From NCBI RefSeq assembly GCF_963921235.1, contig NC_086097.1, positions 37,078,001 through 37,142,000 on the forward strand: a DNA stretch of 64,000 nucleotides, given 5' to 3'. The notes under the pieces are model-generated. The model was not told where the DNA came from. It ran no database searches and worked only from the letters and a program-made list of their open reading frames with translations. A program made the translations under genes and the position numbers. Shown one piece after another: positions 62,851-64,000 of this stretch (the stretch's first letter is position 1; each line of letters starts with the position of its first letter). Origin of the DNA: Mobula hypostoma. Its lineage: Eukaryota.

Positions 62851-64000
62851 GGGGCCTCATCCCTCTGTGTTTTCCCCTATTCTACCTCACTTCTGGCCAT
62901 GGCGATGAACCTTCGTCTGTTTAAAGGTGCCATATCTCTCTGGTCTGCTGAGACCTTCAGACAATTGTGAAACCTGTAGGTCATTAAGCTGATTTAAAAG
63001 TGCATTGCTTAGAGGGAAATTACATGCTGTAAATTGCAGTGAGAGCTATTTGAAAGAGGCATACTTAAAAGTATATTTAGAAGTATTGTCCGCAGCCCAT
63101 AGAACGTTGTCATGGTTCACCAGTGCCATCGTGACTTTCAGTCTTCAAATTAACCACATAAAATCAGTCAAATGTGGAGCACAAGAAGAAATTGTGATCC
63201 TCTAAAAGTGAGGAAGGGAAGATTATTTACTTGTCAGAAAATAACTTTATTTACTCTATCATTATAAATTTTGCAGACTGAGCATCCATGTTTTTCAGTT
63301 CAATCTTAGCATCTTACTAAAAGTTCACCAGCCATCTGTTGAATTTGTTTGCATCAATTAACAACTAAATAGACAAATGTATTGTTTGAAAGTCAGAAAT
63401 CAAATGAAAAATTATAACTAGAGTAATGCAGAAGAGCATTATTCTAGTCTACAACAATATAACTCCTTAAATAAATTAAGATAGCCAACTGTTTACATAC
63501 TCAACCAATAACTGCCCTTGAGAGTATACTAGCTATCACAAATCTCTTTCACACCATTGCAGCAGTGTTTATTGTATGTTTAAATGTACCCCATAAATAC
63601 TGCACTAATAAATCTGGAGTCTAGCAAGCTTTCAAAGCAGTTGTTTCTCAAATTTCATAGCTTCTCTCAACCATAAAGCTGTCAAGTTGTTTCAAAGATG
63701 GCAAATTGAGGGTCAACATCATTTGAGTTCTTGCCCCTTCTTCCTGTTTCCGCTCCAGCAGATTTGAAAACTGTGAATTTCCCCAAAAAAAATTTGAAGT
63801 AGAACATCTCCACTGTTCTCAATATGCTTTGGAATGAGATTCAGTGTCAATGTTTCAATGCTCAAAATCTATTATTTGTGCTATTCGGAATAAAATTGCT
63901 TGAAGAATAATTAAGTGGCTACTAAATTGTTCTCAGGGCAGTTGAAAGCGAGAAAACGTTTTTTAAATATTATACAAATTTGAATCTGAATACCATGATC

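Overview
Vertebrate genomic DNA, not prokaryotic. The repeat complement (CR1, Rex1/Babar-like and RTE LINEs, Penelope-like elements, tRNA-derived SINEs, Tc1/mariner) points to a cartilaginous fish, probably a ray; this is an inference. The window holds the conserved SLC38A6-TRMT5-MNAT1 block. SLC38A6 exons 1-5 lie on the minus strand and the gene runs off the left edge. It is head-to-head with a complete 5-exon TRMT5 on the plus strand (1497 nt spliced CDS, 498 aa), with only 142 bp of CpG-rich sequence between the start codons. The last coding exon of MNAT1 is on the minus strand, convergent with TRMT5, and everything right of about 37 kb is its large preceding intron. Much of the rest is decayed and nested transposable elements. 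Most notable: (1) minimal hammerhead ribozyme motifs in Penelope-like termini, including three ~190-230 bp fold-back elements each flanked by a 13-15 bp target-site duplication; (2) His in place of the conserved TM1 Asn of SLC38A6 that is equivalent to the Na+-site Asn82 of SNAT2; (3) an upstream-ORF layout in TRMT5 that could divide translation between mitochondrial and nuclear/cytosolic isoforms. Exon boundaries were read by hand; repeat boundaries are approximate.
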